Source: a virus. From it: a stretch of DNA of 64,000 nucleotides. The stretch lies in the IMG/VR virus record IMGVR_UViG_3300027759_000051, one strand, 5' to 3'. The notes beneath the pieces were generated by a model that saw nothing but the letters and a program-made list of their open reading frames with translations, did not search any database and was not told the origin of the DNA. Both the position numbers and the translations under genes were made by a program. Positions within the stretch are counted from its first letter, which is position 1. Each line of letters opens with the position of its first letter. Positions 39,601 to 48,600 of this stretch are shown here, one piece after another.

Positions 39601-40616
39601 GAGACTCGCCGCTTTGATGCTTCAAGACCAGTTCTTGCCCTTTTTGCTCCACTGACAAACCAGCGAAACTCAGACGGTGTTTCCTCTACGGAAACATTCT
39701 CTAGATCTAGTTCTGGAGAATATGGGTCATTTCTATTCTTTGCCCTTGTCTGCTTTACTCCCCAGTGATTTTTCCACCACATATTGTTAAAGACGCGACC
39801 AGAAGAAAGTCCAGCCGTTTGCGGTCTTCCTCTTATTGCATCTCTTTCGCTGAGTTCAATACGTGACATTTCATCTGCCACGCCCGTCACTCTTCGTGCA
39901 AAATCTATTAGTTTCCCTGGAGAAAATCCAAAGCAGTTTGAACCACTTGCATCAGTAAATTGGTTTGCGGCAGGACTTCCTGGAGGGCACCTAAACTTGT
40001 TTAAGTCGTCAACCCATATACCTAGTTTTGCTGCTGCTCTTGCGCCAAGGCTCCCACCGGCAACGCTCCTACCAATATTCATTCCTGGTAATTTTTTAAA
40101 CTCAATAGATTTCTCCATTGGTTCACCAGACCAGAGCTTATAAGGATTTACCCGCTCTTCCGAGCCTTCAATAACTCCACCAGTCTTCGGACTGATCTTG
40201 TATTTACGTACACGGATTTCTGGTTTTTTTCTTTTTTCTTCTGCTTCTGGTTTTGCTTTTTCAACCCAGCCAAAGTTAACATCTTTTCTTGATTCGTTAA
40301 TTTTTGATTGTAGGTTTGGAAGCCACAGGAACGTTTTGTTTTCTCCGCCCTTTTCTCCCGGCTTGAATCTCACACCGTTTATATCAACTACACCAGGAAT
40401 CTCTCCGGTGTTGGTTCTTTTCTTTCCGTCTGAGTCTTTTGCACCAGGGAGTGCTTTGACTGCAAGATCTGCATTAAGGCGTGCAGATTTAATTGAATTT
40501 ATTACTGAGTTCTTAAAAGCTATGGCAGTCTCGTCAAAGTCTCTCATTTCTGAGAGAGGTGAGAAAAGACTAGGAGATAGATAGACTCTATTTTTACGGT
40601 GTCTCTTACCCGTCAT
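33600..40616 (-). CDS. 2338-aa GLSSG-linker polyvalent protein: zincin, ART-like, two ParB-like, shared cassette A, RelA/SpoT-like
   Basis: HELGH; EQKLLLPPG; IDGHHRW and IDGHNR; RIKALKSLVRK/DVIRYT/YQGIN/FELQFHT; six GLSSG. Confidence 0.85.
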   Translation of the reverse strand: MTGKRHRKNRVYLSPSLFSPLSEMRDFDETAIAFKNSVINSIKSARLNADLAVKALPGAKDSDGKKRTNTGEIPGVVDINGVRFKPGEKGGENKTFLWLPNLQSKINESRKDVNFGWVEKAKPEAEEKRKKPEIRVRKYKISPKTGGVIEGSEERVNPYKLWSGEPMEKSIEFKKLPGMNIGRSVAGGSLGARAAAKLGIWVDDLNKFRCPPGSPAANQFTDASGSNCFGFSPGKLIDFARRVTGVADEMSRIELSERDAIRGRPQTAGLSSGRVFNNMWWKNHWGVKQTRAKNRNDPYSPELDLENVSVEETPSEFRWFVSGAKRARTGLEASKRRVSRLQDSLGIESSPEKEAVNADRIEAIEELNKRGLLELELTDRKSYSEVVSVISNRLRDKNPEAWAKMSDNQRQQLIEADVDRWYATERSMLDALLDTYVQMPDHIGKNLRELSWSKNPEGPDEARANAFGSGFEHSTIGIDLETIMDNQEAMLPSLDEYSRMRIDAIGGSDSENAQAANDFLVSSQLEARRTAALALGHEGFARHIMYHELGHTLQITAVGRKIKSEIDSNGYYEYFDYQGNKKRITKVEEITPEAVLDAFSDPDLLESINNVMSRSDSVKFLAGSYPQTVENPGIRAAEVSAELFALRMSGLIWGDDVDGALEWMDDVSDGRFFEDRAEYDLYEQDVFNTAGSSPLSKVSKNKIYYQSSIDDVRKRRNDRRSQNLKDVKTLASDLSEDEIIKAIIAHEASAEKAKIDGNLDDSSYFSDIAKEYEKAGNSKFKDSFSDILKTAREQNGLLSDKEISEIAEKRRIEEINNNVNNDTEEQLLNRLAEIEVDLMQDGISEDLKSKLQAEKRKYRQAIRDRRSESDENASVSSLNKFIDKKVDAILTSSGKNKKQKPKPKTFNSKKDAEEHALNERAKLLKTATPQERDAITQLADPEQVDIGNILDPEKQVGAAKAINKRNRRAIKMYSDGSGADVDDTSRLTGSLVGQVDNILIPSLELIDRSELTDAIEIETTLDLDLNQLGAKKDADLVIVDGILTGSVLGKKRPFNADSLEGNPTDGGKKPTRVMVRVQAGQKGHFPHWSDLSSDKPDDYEQKLLLPPGKLKIVGTKIDDDGNEILIAEIVHQNDPMQSLDSMISNIGEEGPNPNQHAKGTRRKLEKSVNSHAARRRKEGKSSTVVTPLTKQKDIEAKTKKINDDIDVVKASSSPQRRAPKADPDPLDDVYGEELSPVDRKVELQSRTSETFERLRDVLQFGGSDDDIEISESDVPESVRTLLKTKSNEELSEIIIKQALEFHNSVDKRPRVRLSGEELDDVMVGPSGRPLRYGDRSFVNEQRRRDVLAAQLRDALDTLTTDESKKFATSMGKKAMRELAKDELDYLVEDGTIELDTKKKLEDILDVAIPENEADFDSFELFEAITSVIEKQKAKNSARRSSGLSSGLVGTAVSAWNEWNNADPDNLQGTKDLLMIALLMKGIDATSAEDWAFGKLNAARAAVRTRREKRRGLSSGAKKSVSSRGEEIFKPESIDDALKMIKEGKLVELDSVDQVSTLIDKLNEIVQDALSKGDKAPNYDLCRVSVPGTNLFCSDSKGIERINMPQFSGTPVPGSDADKLPKDKGGGVDGTKAFEEHLSKIGIGVKRKKVKASELKATQNELVGSKVVGMITNEKFDPEGEAIFVSRDGYVIDGHHRWAAQVGRDLSDGKLGDLELNVIVVDSPISEILREANKWATDFGMASKSGKGDGNSSPPVVRDIKKGATPDRSPGLKANRDRPMSEYGMDWKLEYTEDANVESAKTWDGWDDIPVSKVDLDLDILPTESHLKGSSIDKVVSGEEPFREGYDPYLLIDETGKIFVIDGHNRVAMHRALGNKNMQARVLDLRETSAPWGTQDRQPAGLSSGRSAGLSSGRKTTRHSNRDPDLERQFPDPEENAKREAHEKFISDWEAGMDMSFTTIERQRDEVGGRFSPDFLRAREVGYNDARSRWFGKGTAEQPKNFNPKQKASTDYSSWYRNTVSQLGRGKANRSQDADREQEYAGEDAGIRDFLMSVAPDTSGWSREDRESLAKLEDEYGFGRGGSSPGRSAGLSSGKTIKKVQYKHGGYDMIEPDNPEPKPGAPRDVIEAATAQREKLVEAEKEITKTLIDLANKHEGEMRGLDFRIKALKSLVRKILDEKDTEHGGDAQKAAESMSDVIRYTTAFDPEEYVSGVKNMVEELQAAGYKLRIKNYWKGDDPYQGINIAAIGPDGTKFELQFHTPQSVEDKEDIHKLYETYRESKDNAQRRQLYDEMVQMANKIGVPYPPDELLSIGETKFQPFQEVDIKSLIRELETMGVSS

Positions 40617-40633
40617 CTGCGGGCCAGTCTTTC

Positions 40634-42196
40634 TTAGTTGGTGTCTGTGTCTGATTGGAGCAACTCAAACTCAACCAAAGATGCGATGAAACTTTCATCA
40701 ACATTCCCTGACTTCTTTGACATATCTCCACCCATAACCCAATTTGGTGGGATCAAGTTTTCTTTTCCAAGATCCTTGGCACGCTTCATGATGTGAAGTC
40801 TTGCTGCTTCTTTATCCTTGGCACGACCATAGGACTGCACCGCGTTACGCAAGTCTTCTTCTGAAGTTATTGGGTAAGATCCATCAGGAAGGGCCATTCC
40901 TTCCTTAGCAAGAGACATTCTCTTATCATCAGAGAAAGCTCTCTTCAAGGCGATCTCTGCTGCTTCAGCTTCAATCTCTTGTGCTTCCTCTGATTCGTAC
41001 TTGTCGTAGCCAAGAACTTCGCCATCAAGTGACACGAAAACATCGTATGACTTTCCATCTATTCCATCAATCTCTACAGCGTATGAGTCAACGCCTTCAA
41101 ATACGTCTGGCTCAACTGCGATTACTTGTCCCTCTATTGACTTGATTGCAATTTCAGCAGCATCAGAGAAACCAATAACAGTCATTCCACTAAGTGCTGA
41201 CTTTTGCTCAAAGACTGACTCGTCAAGTTTGTGGAAACCAACAACTTCTGCTGAAGTTCCATCAACGAAAACTTCACGTACTTGACCATCTTTTGTTTGA
41301 ACATCAACAACGAACATGTCAGCGGCAGCGGAGTATCCAGAGTCAATGACTATTCCCTTGAATTGTGATTCAACCAATCCTTCAATTTGAAGTAATCCGG
41401 GGAATCCTTTTTCTGAGATGCATCCACCTGGGCAGTCATCACATACTGCTGCGTTGCCGGGGTGTGTCTTTCTCTCAATTGCGCAAACGTATCCGTTTTT
41501 GCCAATTTCGGCAGCCTTCATACCCATTGATTCAATTCTGCGCTTACGCATGTCTTCGAGCATCATGGCTTTTTCTTCGTCCATCATCTCGTCGTCTTCT
41601 TCTTCATCTTCCATCATAGGCACGCCCATGCCCATGCCTTTTTTCTTCTTTGGCATCGTATTCATGCCGTACATCTTCTCTTCGCCGTACTCTGCTGCTT
41701 CAAGCTCTTCGTCTGACATTTCTGCCATCATGCCCATTGGCGATGGAGCATTACGCTTGCCCATGCCTTTTTTCTTAGGCATGCCGTGCATGCCCTTTTC
41801 TTCGGTCATTTCTTCGCCCATTTGCTCTGGAACATAAGGCAGTTTTCCGTACTTTTTCTTATATCCATCCCAGCCATACTGCTTGTAGTAGGACATCTTC
41901 ATCTCGTCCATGTCTTCTGGAGACTCAACTTCTTCTTCTATCTCGTCGGCTTCTTCGTCGCCTTCGCCGAGATAGATATTTACTTCGTTCTCATCTTCCG
42001 ACATCTCTTCATCTTCCATCATTTCCTTATTTTTGGAAATTGGAATCATTTTCATCTCAACTGGAGCTGCTCCACACTTTGCACATACCGCTGCGCCAGC
42101 CTTGTAGCCGCAATCGGTGGCTACTGCACCTTTTGCACATTTAAGGACATTTCCTTCTCCGTCAATGCTTAACATTGGTTTATTTTCAGTTTCCAT
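40634..42196 (-). CDS. Met/Glu-rich scaffold-like protein with PepSY-like repeats
   Basis: Low-complexity E/M/K centre; DAAEIAIKSIEGQVIAVE..YAVEI..YDVFVSLDGEVL; ALPDGSYPI domain. Confidence 0.65.
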   Translation of the reverse strand: METENKPMLSIDGEGNVLKCAKGAVATDCGYKAGAAVCAKCGAAPVEMKMIPISKNKEMMEDEEMSEDENEVNIYLGEGDEEADEIEEEVESPEDMDEMKMSYYKQYGWDGYKKKYGKLPYVPEQMGEEMTEEKGMHGMPKKKGMGKRNAPSPMGMMAEMSDEELEAAEYGEEKMYGMNTMPKKKKGMGMGVPMMEDEEEDDEMMDEEKAMMLEDMRKRRIESMGMKAAEIGKNGYVCAIERKTHPGNAAVCDDCPGGCISEKGFPGLLQIEGLVESQFKGIVIDSGYSAAADMFVVDVQTKDGQVREVFVDGTSAEVVGFHKLDESVFEQKSALSGMTVIGFSDAAEIAIKSIEGQVIAVEPDVFEGVDSYAVEIDGIDGKSYDVFVSLDGEVLGYDKYESEEAQEIEAEAAEIALKRAFSDDKRMSLAKEGMALPDGSYPITSEEDLRNAVQSYGRAKDKEAARLHIMKRAKDLGKENLIPPNWVMGGDMSKKSGNVDESFIASLVEFELLQSDTDTN

Positions 42197-42301
42197 GAAT
42201 TCTGGCTCCTAAGTGTCGTGCCGTAAAATTATACCTAAAATTTAGTCTATAAAAATAACTTATGATGAAAGAGTACCCTATTATTCGCTGAGAATAATGG
42301 A

Positions 42302-45300
42302 TCATTTCTTTTTTCTTGTTGTTGGTTTCCTTGTTGTTGCTGATCTCTTCTTTGGTGCTGGGCGTGATGCTTTTACGGCATCTGCCCTTTCCTTTGCTTC
42401 TTGCCTCGCTTCGTTGGCAATAGCGTCTGCTCTGTCTTGCGCTTCCTTGAGGGCTGGAACGTTCTCAATTATGTAATCAACGGCTTTTTGTGCAGATGTT
42501 GCTGCGCGCATCAAGCCGTCTGGATCATCTTTTAGCCTCTGTACCCAGAATGCGAGGTATTGAGCATGGTCTTCTCTCGGCTCAACAGTTATGTCAAGTA
42601 TTGACATAAGGTATGCCGTTCCAAGTTCTGCTATTAATTCCTCAAATGCATATTCTGACTCAACTTTGGGTGAACCCATGTTTGGCCTATCAAGACGACT
42701 GCTGTGCCCAGTCCAGTGAACTATCTCGTGGAGAAGTGTTCCGTAGTACCCCTCTGGAGATGAGAACTCCGAGAATGGCGGGATTACTATCTTGTCTTGA
42801 AGGGGGCTGAAGTATGCCCTATCTCCAGAATGGTTGAGGTCAATATTTAGAGCTTTAGAGATGTCATCAACATCTGTTCTTCTCATGTCCTCAGGCAATG
42901 CATCCTCAGGGTCGTATATTGAACGATCTATCCCTTCAACCTGATCTAAGTTGAAAACATAACTTTCGCGGAGTATTCCACGGCTCTCCGTTTTAAGTTC
43001 TCCTGGATTGTTCCTATCTTCAACTTCCCTGCCAACTCTTGAGTAGAAGATAATTGGAGTTCCTTTTTCTCCCTTTTTGACACTTCCACCCTTGCTCTTC
43101 CATTGGTCAAAAGAAGCCCATATTGGCTTTTCGTAGCCACCTTCCTGCTGGGCTATTGAGAGCATTAGTGTATTTATGCCTCTGTATCTGGCCTTAGTCG
43201 TGCCGTTTTGAGGAGTCATTCCACCCATGCGCCATGGCGGTGACCATCTTGTGCCATTTGCTATTGAATCTTCCATTTGCTGTATAACGCTCTTGGTCAA
43301 TGTCTGGTATAGCTCGTCTCTTCTTCCCGACGAAAGGGGGGCGCCATCGAGCCTTGCTGGGGTTGGAATGTCTGAAATATTTGAATATGCCTTTGGCAGC
43401 GATGGGTACTTAACGTCAACGCGTGCAGTCATTTTCCTATTCGCATTTCCATCTACATTTGAGAATCTTTTTGCGCCACTACTAAGCCCAGACGAAGGAT
43501 TTCCAAATATTTCATCGTACGTAAGGGATGGGAGTCCTTTTTTCTTCGCTGCTAGGTTGTATCTTTCAACCATCTCTTTTTTCTTAGAATCGGAGATACG
43601 TGATGCTTTTCCTGAAATCTTTATTGGCGAAGTAGGGCTAGCAGCCTTTGCTTTTGCTTTTCTTTCTTTCCATCTAGATATTATTCCATCTAGATCTTCC
43701 GACTTACTAAAGTTGAGAATTGCGTATGCTTTACCAACTCTGTTTTTCTCAACAACAGCCTTAAATCTCTCGTAAGCTTCTCCGGCCTGTGACATTCTGT
43801 CAAACTCTCCGACTTCTGGGCCAAATGCATCTGCGGCGCTCTTGATCACGCCACGGTCAATAAGGTGGTCAATATACTGCGATGGAACACCCTTCTTAGC
43901 CCAGTTGTTGAACCCTTGTTTGTCAATAACTAATCCTGTATCTAGTATTTTTTGCAAAACATCTAGTCTATTGTCTGGATCTGCCCCAAGTGCTTGAATT
44001 AGTTTACTCAATGGGAAGTTTGAACTCTCTAGTACAACACCTTGTGGAACCAGTTCCCCAGCATTTGCGCTAGGAGCTTTTGTTACCGTCTCGGCTCCAA
44101 TGACCACATCAGACAAATCGTCCGTGTATCCAAATGGTTCTGGAGATGGGTAAACGCTTCTTAGAATTTCCCCATCCTCAAGCAGTGCTCGGAATGAATC
44201 TTTTGCTCTATCTGAATCTCTTGATGTTTTGCCAATAGAAGTTATTGTTGTTTCTTCAGTGCTATCTATCCAGTAAGGAGAGTAGCCAAATCCCCATATT
44301 TGAGTACCAACTACATCTGGGTAGTCAAGGATCCCAATACGGCTACCAACTCCTTGGGATTCTTCGGCTGACTGGAATAAAGCTCCAGCCAAACCCCTAT
44401 CTTTTTCAGGGATTCGGCTAAGTTCTTGTTCGCTTATTACCGAGCTATTCACTCTTCCTTCAGTCAAGCCAAGGAAAATTGCCTCTGTTATTTTACGAAT
44501 ATCAAGTTCTGATACTCCATTACCTTCTGCTGTTATGCTTTCCAGTTCTTTAACTGAAATGTTCAAAGTCTTTGCTATTTGGCTGTCTGGTATTGATTTT
44601 CCAGTTTCGTCAACAAATAAGCTACGGATTTTTGCTCCATCCAGCAACCATTCTCCACCAGGAGAGTGCTCCAAGTTTTGCGTCATTGGTCTTGACTTTA
44701 TTTTTGAACCAATAAATCTTGTTCTTATTTTTTCTTTAATAAGATCATTCATTGGTGGAACATAAGTGCTTCTAGCCCCGGAAGACAAACCTCTGGAAAC
44801 GGTTAGTGGGAGTTGGGTTCTCCTGCTCAACCTGTTAGTTGGCGTTCCATCTCTTTGAACTAAATTAGTTGAAGAGTTTCTATTTGGTTTTCTGAAAACA
44901 GATATTTCTTCAAGTTTTCTTGGAATTGAAACAAGTCTTCCAGAAGTGTTTGGAGTTCCATCATTCCACTCCAGTGGCTTGATCCAGATATTCCTTCTGT
45001 CAACTCTTTCTACCGAGCCCCAGTCTTCTCCGCCAACCTGCACCATGTCGCCAACTTCTACGTTGCTACGTTCTGCTAGTGCTGCGCCAGATGAAAGTCC
45101 AGCTCTAGACCTATTTTCATAGGATCCTGGCCTGTTTCCAAATTCGTTATACCTGTCTGACAGCATACGTACTGCCATGTCTTCTTGTTCTTTGTCTCCG
45201 TCTGCAAAACTAAGCAAATCGTATGCAATTCTTTCGCGCATTGAAGCCAATTCTTCACGCTCATTAGCAAATGATGGTACTGATTCGTACTTTCTTCTAT

Positions 45301-45613
45301 ATCTGCTCTGTGCTTCTGAAACTTCTTTTGGCGTAGAGTTAAGCCTCTTGGCTATGTCTTCTGGAGTTAGTCCTTCGTAGCCAAGTAACCACATTTCACG
45401 GTCATTTGCGCGCTCTTCTACTCTTGCTGTTGCGCCAGATGTCCTTGAGGTACTTTTGCCTGAACTTAATTCTCTGTACTCGTCGGATGACGGGCCTGGT
45501 CTTCTTTTTCCTGGGCGTGTTTGTGCGCGTAGGATATCCCTATCCGCAAATTTCTGCCTATCTTCTTCAGACCAGGGGCGACGATTTGATACCTCGCCCC
45601 TTACCCTTTTTTT
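42302..45613 (-). CDS. -1 frame extension of the protease polyprotein ending in an ArdC-like antirestriction domain (track ORF 42302-45394)
   Basis: Frame is open from 45616 with no ATG until 45394; five LSSG linkers; WSPPW, YRGIN, VKKGEKG, VFNLDQ, HEIVHWTGH, YAFEELIAE match ArdC. Confidence 0.8.
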   Translation of the reverse strand, partial: KKRVRGEVSNRRPWSEEDRQKFADRDILRAQTRPGKRRPGPSSDEYRELSSGKSTSRTSGATARVEERANDREMWLLGYEGLTPEDIAKRLNSTPKEVSEAQSRYRRKYESVPSFANEREELASMRERIAYDLLSFADGDKEQEDMAVRMLSDRYNEFGNRPGSYENRSRAGLSSGAALAERSNVEVGDMVQVGGEDWGSVERVDRRNIWIKPLEWNDGTPNTSGRLVSIPRKLEEISVFRKPNRNSSTNLVQRDGTPTNRLSRRTQLPLTVSRGLSSGARSTYVPPMNDLIKEKIRTRFIGSKIKSRPMTQNLEHSPGGEWLLDGAKIRSLFVDETGKSIPDSQIAKTLNISVKELESITAEGNGVSELDIRKITEAIFLGLTEGRVNSSVISEQELSRIPEKDRGLAGALFQSAEESQGVGSRIGILDYPDVVGTQIWGFGYSPYWIDSTEETTITSIGKTSRDSDRAKDSFRALLEDGEILRSVYPSPEPFGYTDDLSDVVIGAETVTKAPSANAGELVPQGVVLESSNFPLSKLIQALGADPDNRLDVLQKILDTGLVIDKQGFNNWAKKGVPSQYIDHLIDRGVIKSAADAFGPEVGEFDRMSQAGEAYERFKAVVEKNRVGKAYAILNFSKSEDLDGIISRWKERKAKAKAASPTSPIKISGKASRISDSKKKEMVERYNLAAKKKGLPSLTYDEIFGNPSSGLSSGAKRFSNVDGNANRKMTARVDVKYPSLPKAYSNISDIPTPARLDGAPLSSGRRDELYQTLTKSVIQQMEDSIANGTRWSPPWRMGGMTPQNGTTKARYRGINTLMLSIAQQEGGYEKPIWASFDQWKSKGGSVKKGEKGTPIIFYSRVGREVEDRNNPGELKTESRGILRESYVFNLDQVEGIDRSIYDPEDALPEDMRRTDVDDISKALNIDLNHSGDRAYFSPLQDKIVIPPFSEFSSPEGYYGTLLHEIVHWTGHSSRLDRPNMGSPKVESEYAFEELIAELGTAYLMSILDITVEPREDHAQYLAFWVQRLKDDPDGLMRAATSAQKAVDYIIENVPALKEAQDRADAIANEARQEAKERADAVKASRPAPKKRSATTRKPTTRKKK
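45574..45613 (-). promoter_or_regulatory. candidate programmed -1 ribosomal frameshift signal
   Basis: In-frame A_AAA_AAA, 5-nt spacer, then AGGGGCGA..TCGCCCCT hairpin; joins the two ORFs in the correct frame. Confidence 0.7.
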
Positions 45614-48600
45614 CTGTTACGTCCTGACGAGAGTCCACGCCCAGAATCTCTTCCAGACATTTCTCCGCTATCTTCACGCATTATCAAGTCGCTCTCAAGC
45701 CCAGCGATCCATCTCTTGAAAGAAGGGTCATTTGGGTTTGGGGACTTGCCTGTTTCACGCCTGTAGCTTGCGAACGCAGAAGCCCTCTCAGATGACGGAC
45801 GGCTCATGAATGAACTGTACATCCTGTCGGTTTCTGCCATGTCGGCATCAAGCAATGACTCACGTCTAGCGCTGTTCTCATCTGCGGCTATTGTGTCTTG
45901 CATCATCTCACGACGCCCAGATGAGAGGGAAGAACGTCGAGCGCTTCTTGGGTTACCAGAATCACTGAAGTTCATGTAGTTAGCAACCATGTCATTAACC
46001 TGTGCTGACATTTTACCATCACCAAAAAATGCAGCTTCCGATACTTCTTCTGCCAAATCGTCTCGATTGCTTCTATATTCATCAAGCTGTTGATTAAGTT
46101 CATTTACTCTTGAGTTTATTTCTTCAACCAATTTTGTGTATTCGTCTAGTTCAATGTCGCCTTCATCAAGATCCATTCTTGCTGACTCAAGTTCAAGTTT
46201 TGCTGCCTCAACTTCTCTATATGTATCCGGAATTAGTTCTCTTGCATCTTCTAAATCCTGAGACTTCCTGTCGTACCTGTCCTCAAACATTTCAACTTCA
46301 TCACGGATCTTTTGAATAAAATCATCAAGATCAGCAAGACTATCAACCGTTTCCGAACGTAATGGACCTCCATTATTTTTGTCAAAGTCGTATACGTCCA
46401 TTGCGTTTATTTGTCTTTGTACGTCTGGATTTTTTTCGTATACTGCTTTTACTATTTCTTCACGCACCTTGAGAGCATGTTCCAATTTTGCAAGTTGGTA
46501 ATTTCTTATTTCATCTCGATATGGTGCTGAGTTTTCTGCGTTTGGCATTACATATGAATACAGTTGTTCACCTGAAAATTCTTTTTCAACTTCTGGTGTC
46601 TCTGCCAAAACTTGAATAGCTGCTGTCCTGAGGGACGATTCGTTATTTGCATCAATCCTCTCGTAAGCATCGCCCATTGGCTCAAACTTCATTCCAGAAG
46701 ACATTCCTCTTGTTGCTGTTGAACTGTATACAGATCCAGCTACCGTTCCTACGTCTACGCCGTCGCTGTCACTTCTGCTGCGTCCAGAGGAGAGTCCCCT
46801 TGCGCTGCTTGGTGTTCTAGGCTTGCTAGGAACGTCAACATCTTGCAATGCTGCGTTGACTGCGTTTGTCGCTTCTGCTTCAAGTTTAAAGATTTCATTT
46901 ATATTTTCTTTTTCTGAAGCATTTAGAGCTGGGTCATTTGCTTGTAGTTTTGATGCAACTTCTTTATAGCGGTTTAATTCAAGTTCAATCTGTTTTGCCT
47001 GATTGAAAGCCAATACCCGTATAACGTTTTCGTCAGGTATCAAAGCAGCAACATCATTAAAAACTAAACCAGAAAGAATCTCTTCTGCGTCTTCATCATC
47101 TTTTGCTTGTCCGCTGTCTACGAGGACATTTACTAAATTCCAATCTTTTATTAGATCCTGCTTGGCATCTTCTACATCATAAAATGCACTTTCAGAACCA
47201 ATGTACTCGCCATCTTCATCAAAGTCTTCTGATAAATTTTCTTCAAATATTTCTCTTGCCGTAGATGCTAAATCCTCATCATCTACGTCATATATTTCCT
47301 TGAGCTTTGCGTTGACTATTTTATTATCTTCTGATCGCAGCGCTTCAAGATCTTTATCGGCAGTTTCAAACGATACTCCAGCTAAGCGTAGCTTTTGCTT
47401 GGCTAGCCTTAGTGCTTGAACATCTTTCATACGCTGAGTTGATGGGTGTTCTGCAATAAGATCACTTCTTCTAGAAAGTATATCTTTGTTGGTTTTTAAT
47501 GCAGTGTCATACTCTTGTGCCAGCTCAATTCTTTCTCTTCTTAGCCTTTGCACTTCTCTTGATGGAGATGGTATATCAGTAGCTCTTCTATCGCCGTCAA
47601 AAGTTTCAGGAGCTAACTCTGCTACTGAATCAAGAACATCATGTATCTGCAATGGCGTTGCATTAAACCTGTAAGCAAGTTCATCTACGCTTAGTCCACT
47701 ATGTGAAAAATCTTTAGCTATTGCTTCAGCAACTAATTGCTTTTTGTATTCCGTTTCGTCTTCACTCATCTGCCCAAACTGACGAATACGCTTTGGCTTT
47801 AGTTTTCCATCAAATGGCAATCCCATCCTAAAGCGCCTCGCAGCTGCAAGTCTTTGCACTCTGCCTGATATGGCAGGGCTTTTTTCTCCAGCAACAACTG
47901 GGTATTCGGCTAGGAGTTCTTGGTACGGGATTGTAACGTAGTCCCTCCAGAACATATCGTGGTCTTCTGCTGGTGTATCGGGAGTATCCCAGTTATGTGG
48001 TCGGGTTTTTGATGTTCCGTCATCTGGAGTGTCATAAACCCATTGTCCGGACTTTCCGTCCCAACGCGGCCTATGAGGTTCTCCATTGAGTTGTGCGTAA
48101 TCGCTTGGATCTCTCTTTGAAGGATCGTATTCCTCTCCGTACCTACCAGAAGACAGACCACCCCTGCCGTAAGGCCTATCAAGGTAGTCATCGTACGCAC
48201 TGGTCATTGCCTCAAGCGTGTTGCCATTAGCCATTCCTATGTACCGATTATGAATGGCATCACTTTCTTCCCAGTACCCAACTATGCTTGCTGCATCATC
48301 TGAAGAAACGCCATTTTCCTTGAGTGCGTTAATCGCGTCTCTTCTGAAGTTTGCTGAATAACCATATTTTGCTGGATTGTCTTCAAAGTCGGCTTTGGCA
48401 ATTTCTGGGTCATAATCACGCGAACCGGGTCGTTCGCTGTTTGCATTGTCTACGAAATAAATCTGCTCAATATTGGATCGTTCATTGTCGCTGAGTTCTT
48501 CCCATGAGGAGAATGGTTTACCTAGTTCTCTTCTTCCAGAAGACAATCCTCTTCTGCCTGAAGACATTCCTGCTCTGCTGTATGGGCCAGATGACGTGCT

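Noticed and set aside
45466-45603. Stop-codon readthrough or recoding joining the two giant ORFs
   Set aside because: Frame 0 hits another TAA at 45466-45468 and the +1 frame stops within about 15 codons; only -1 connects. No suppressor tRNA is seen.
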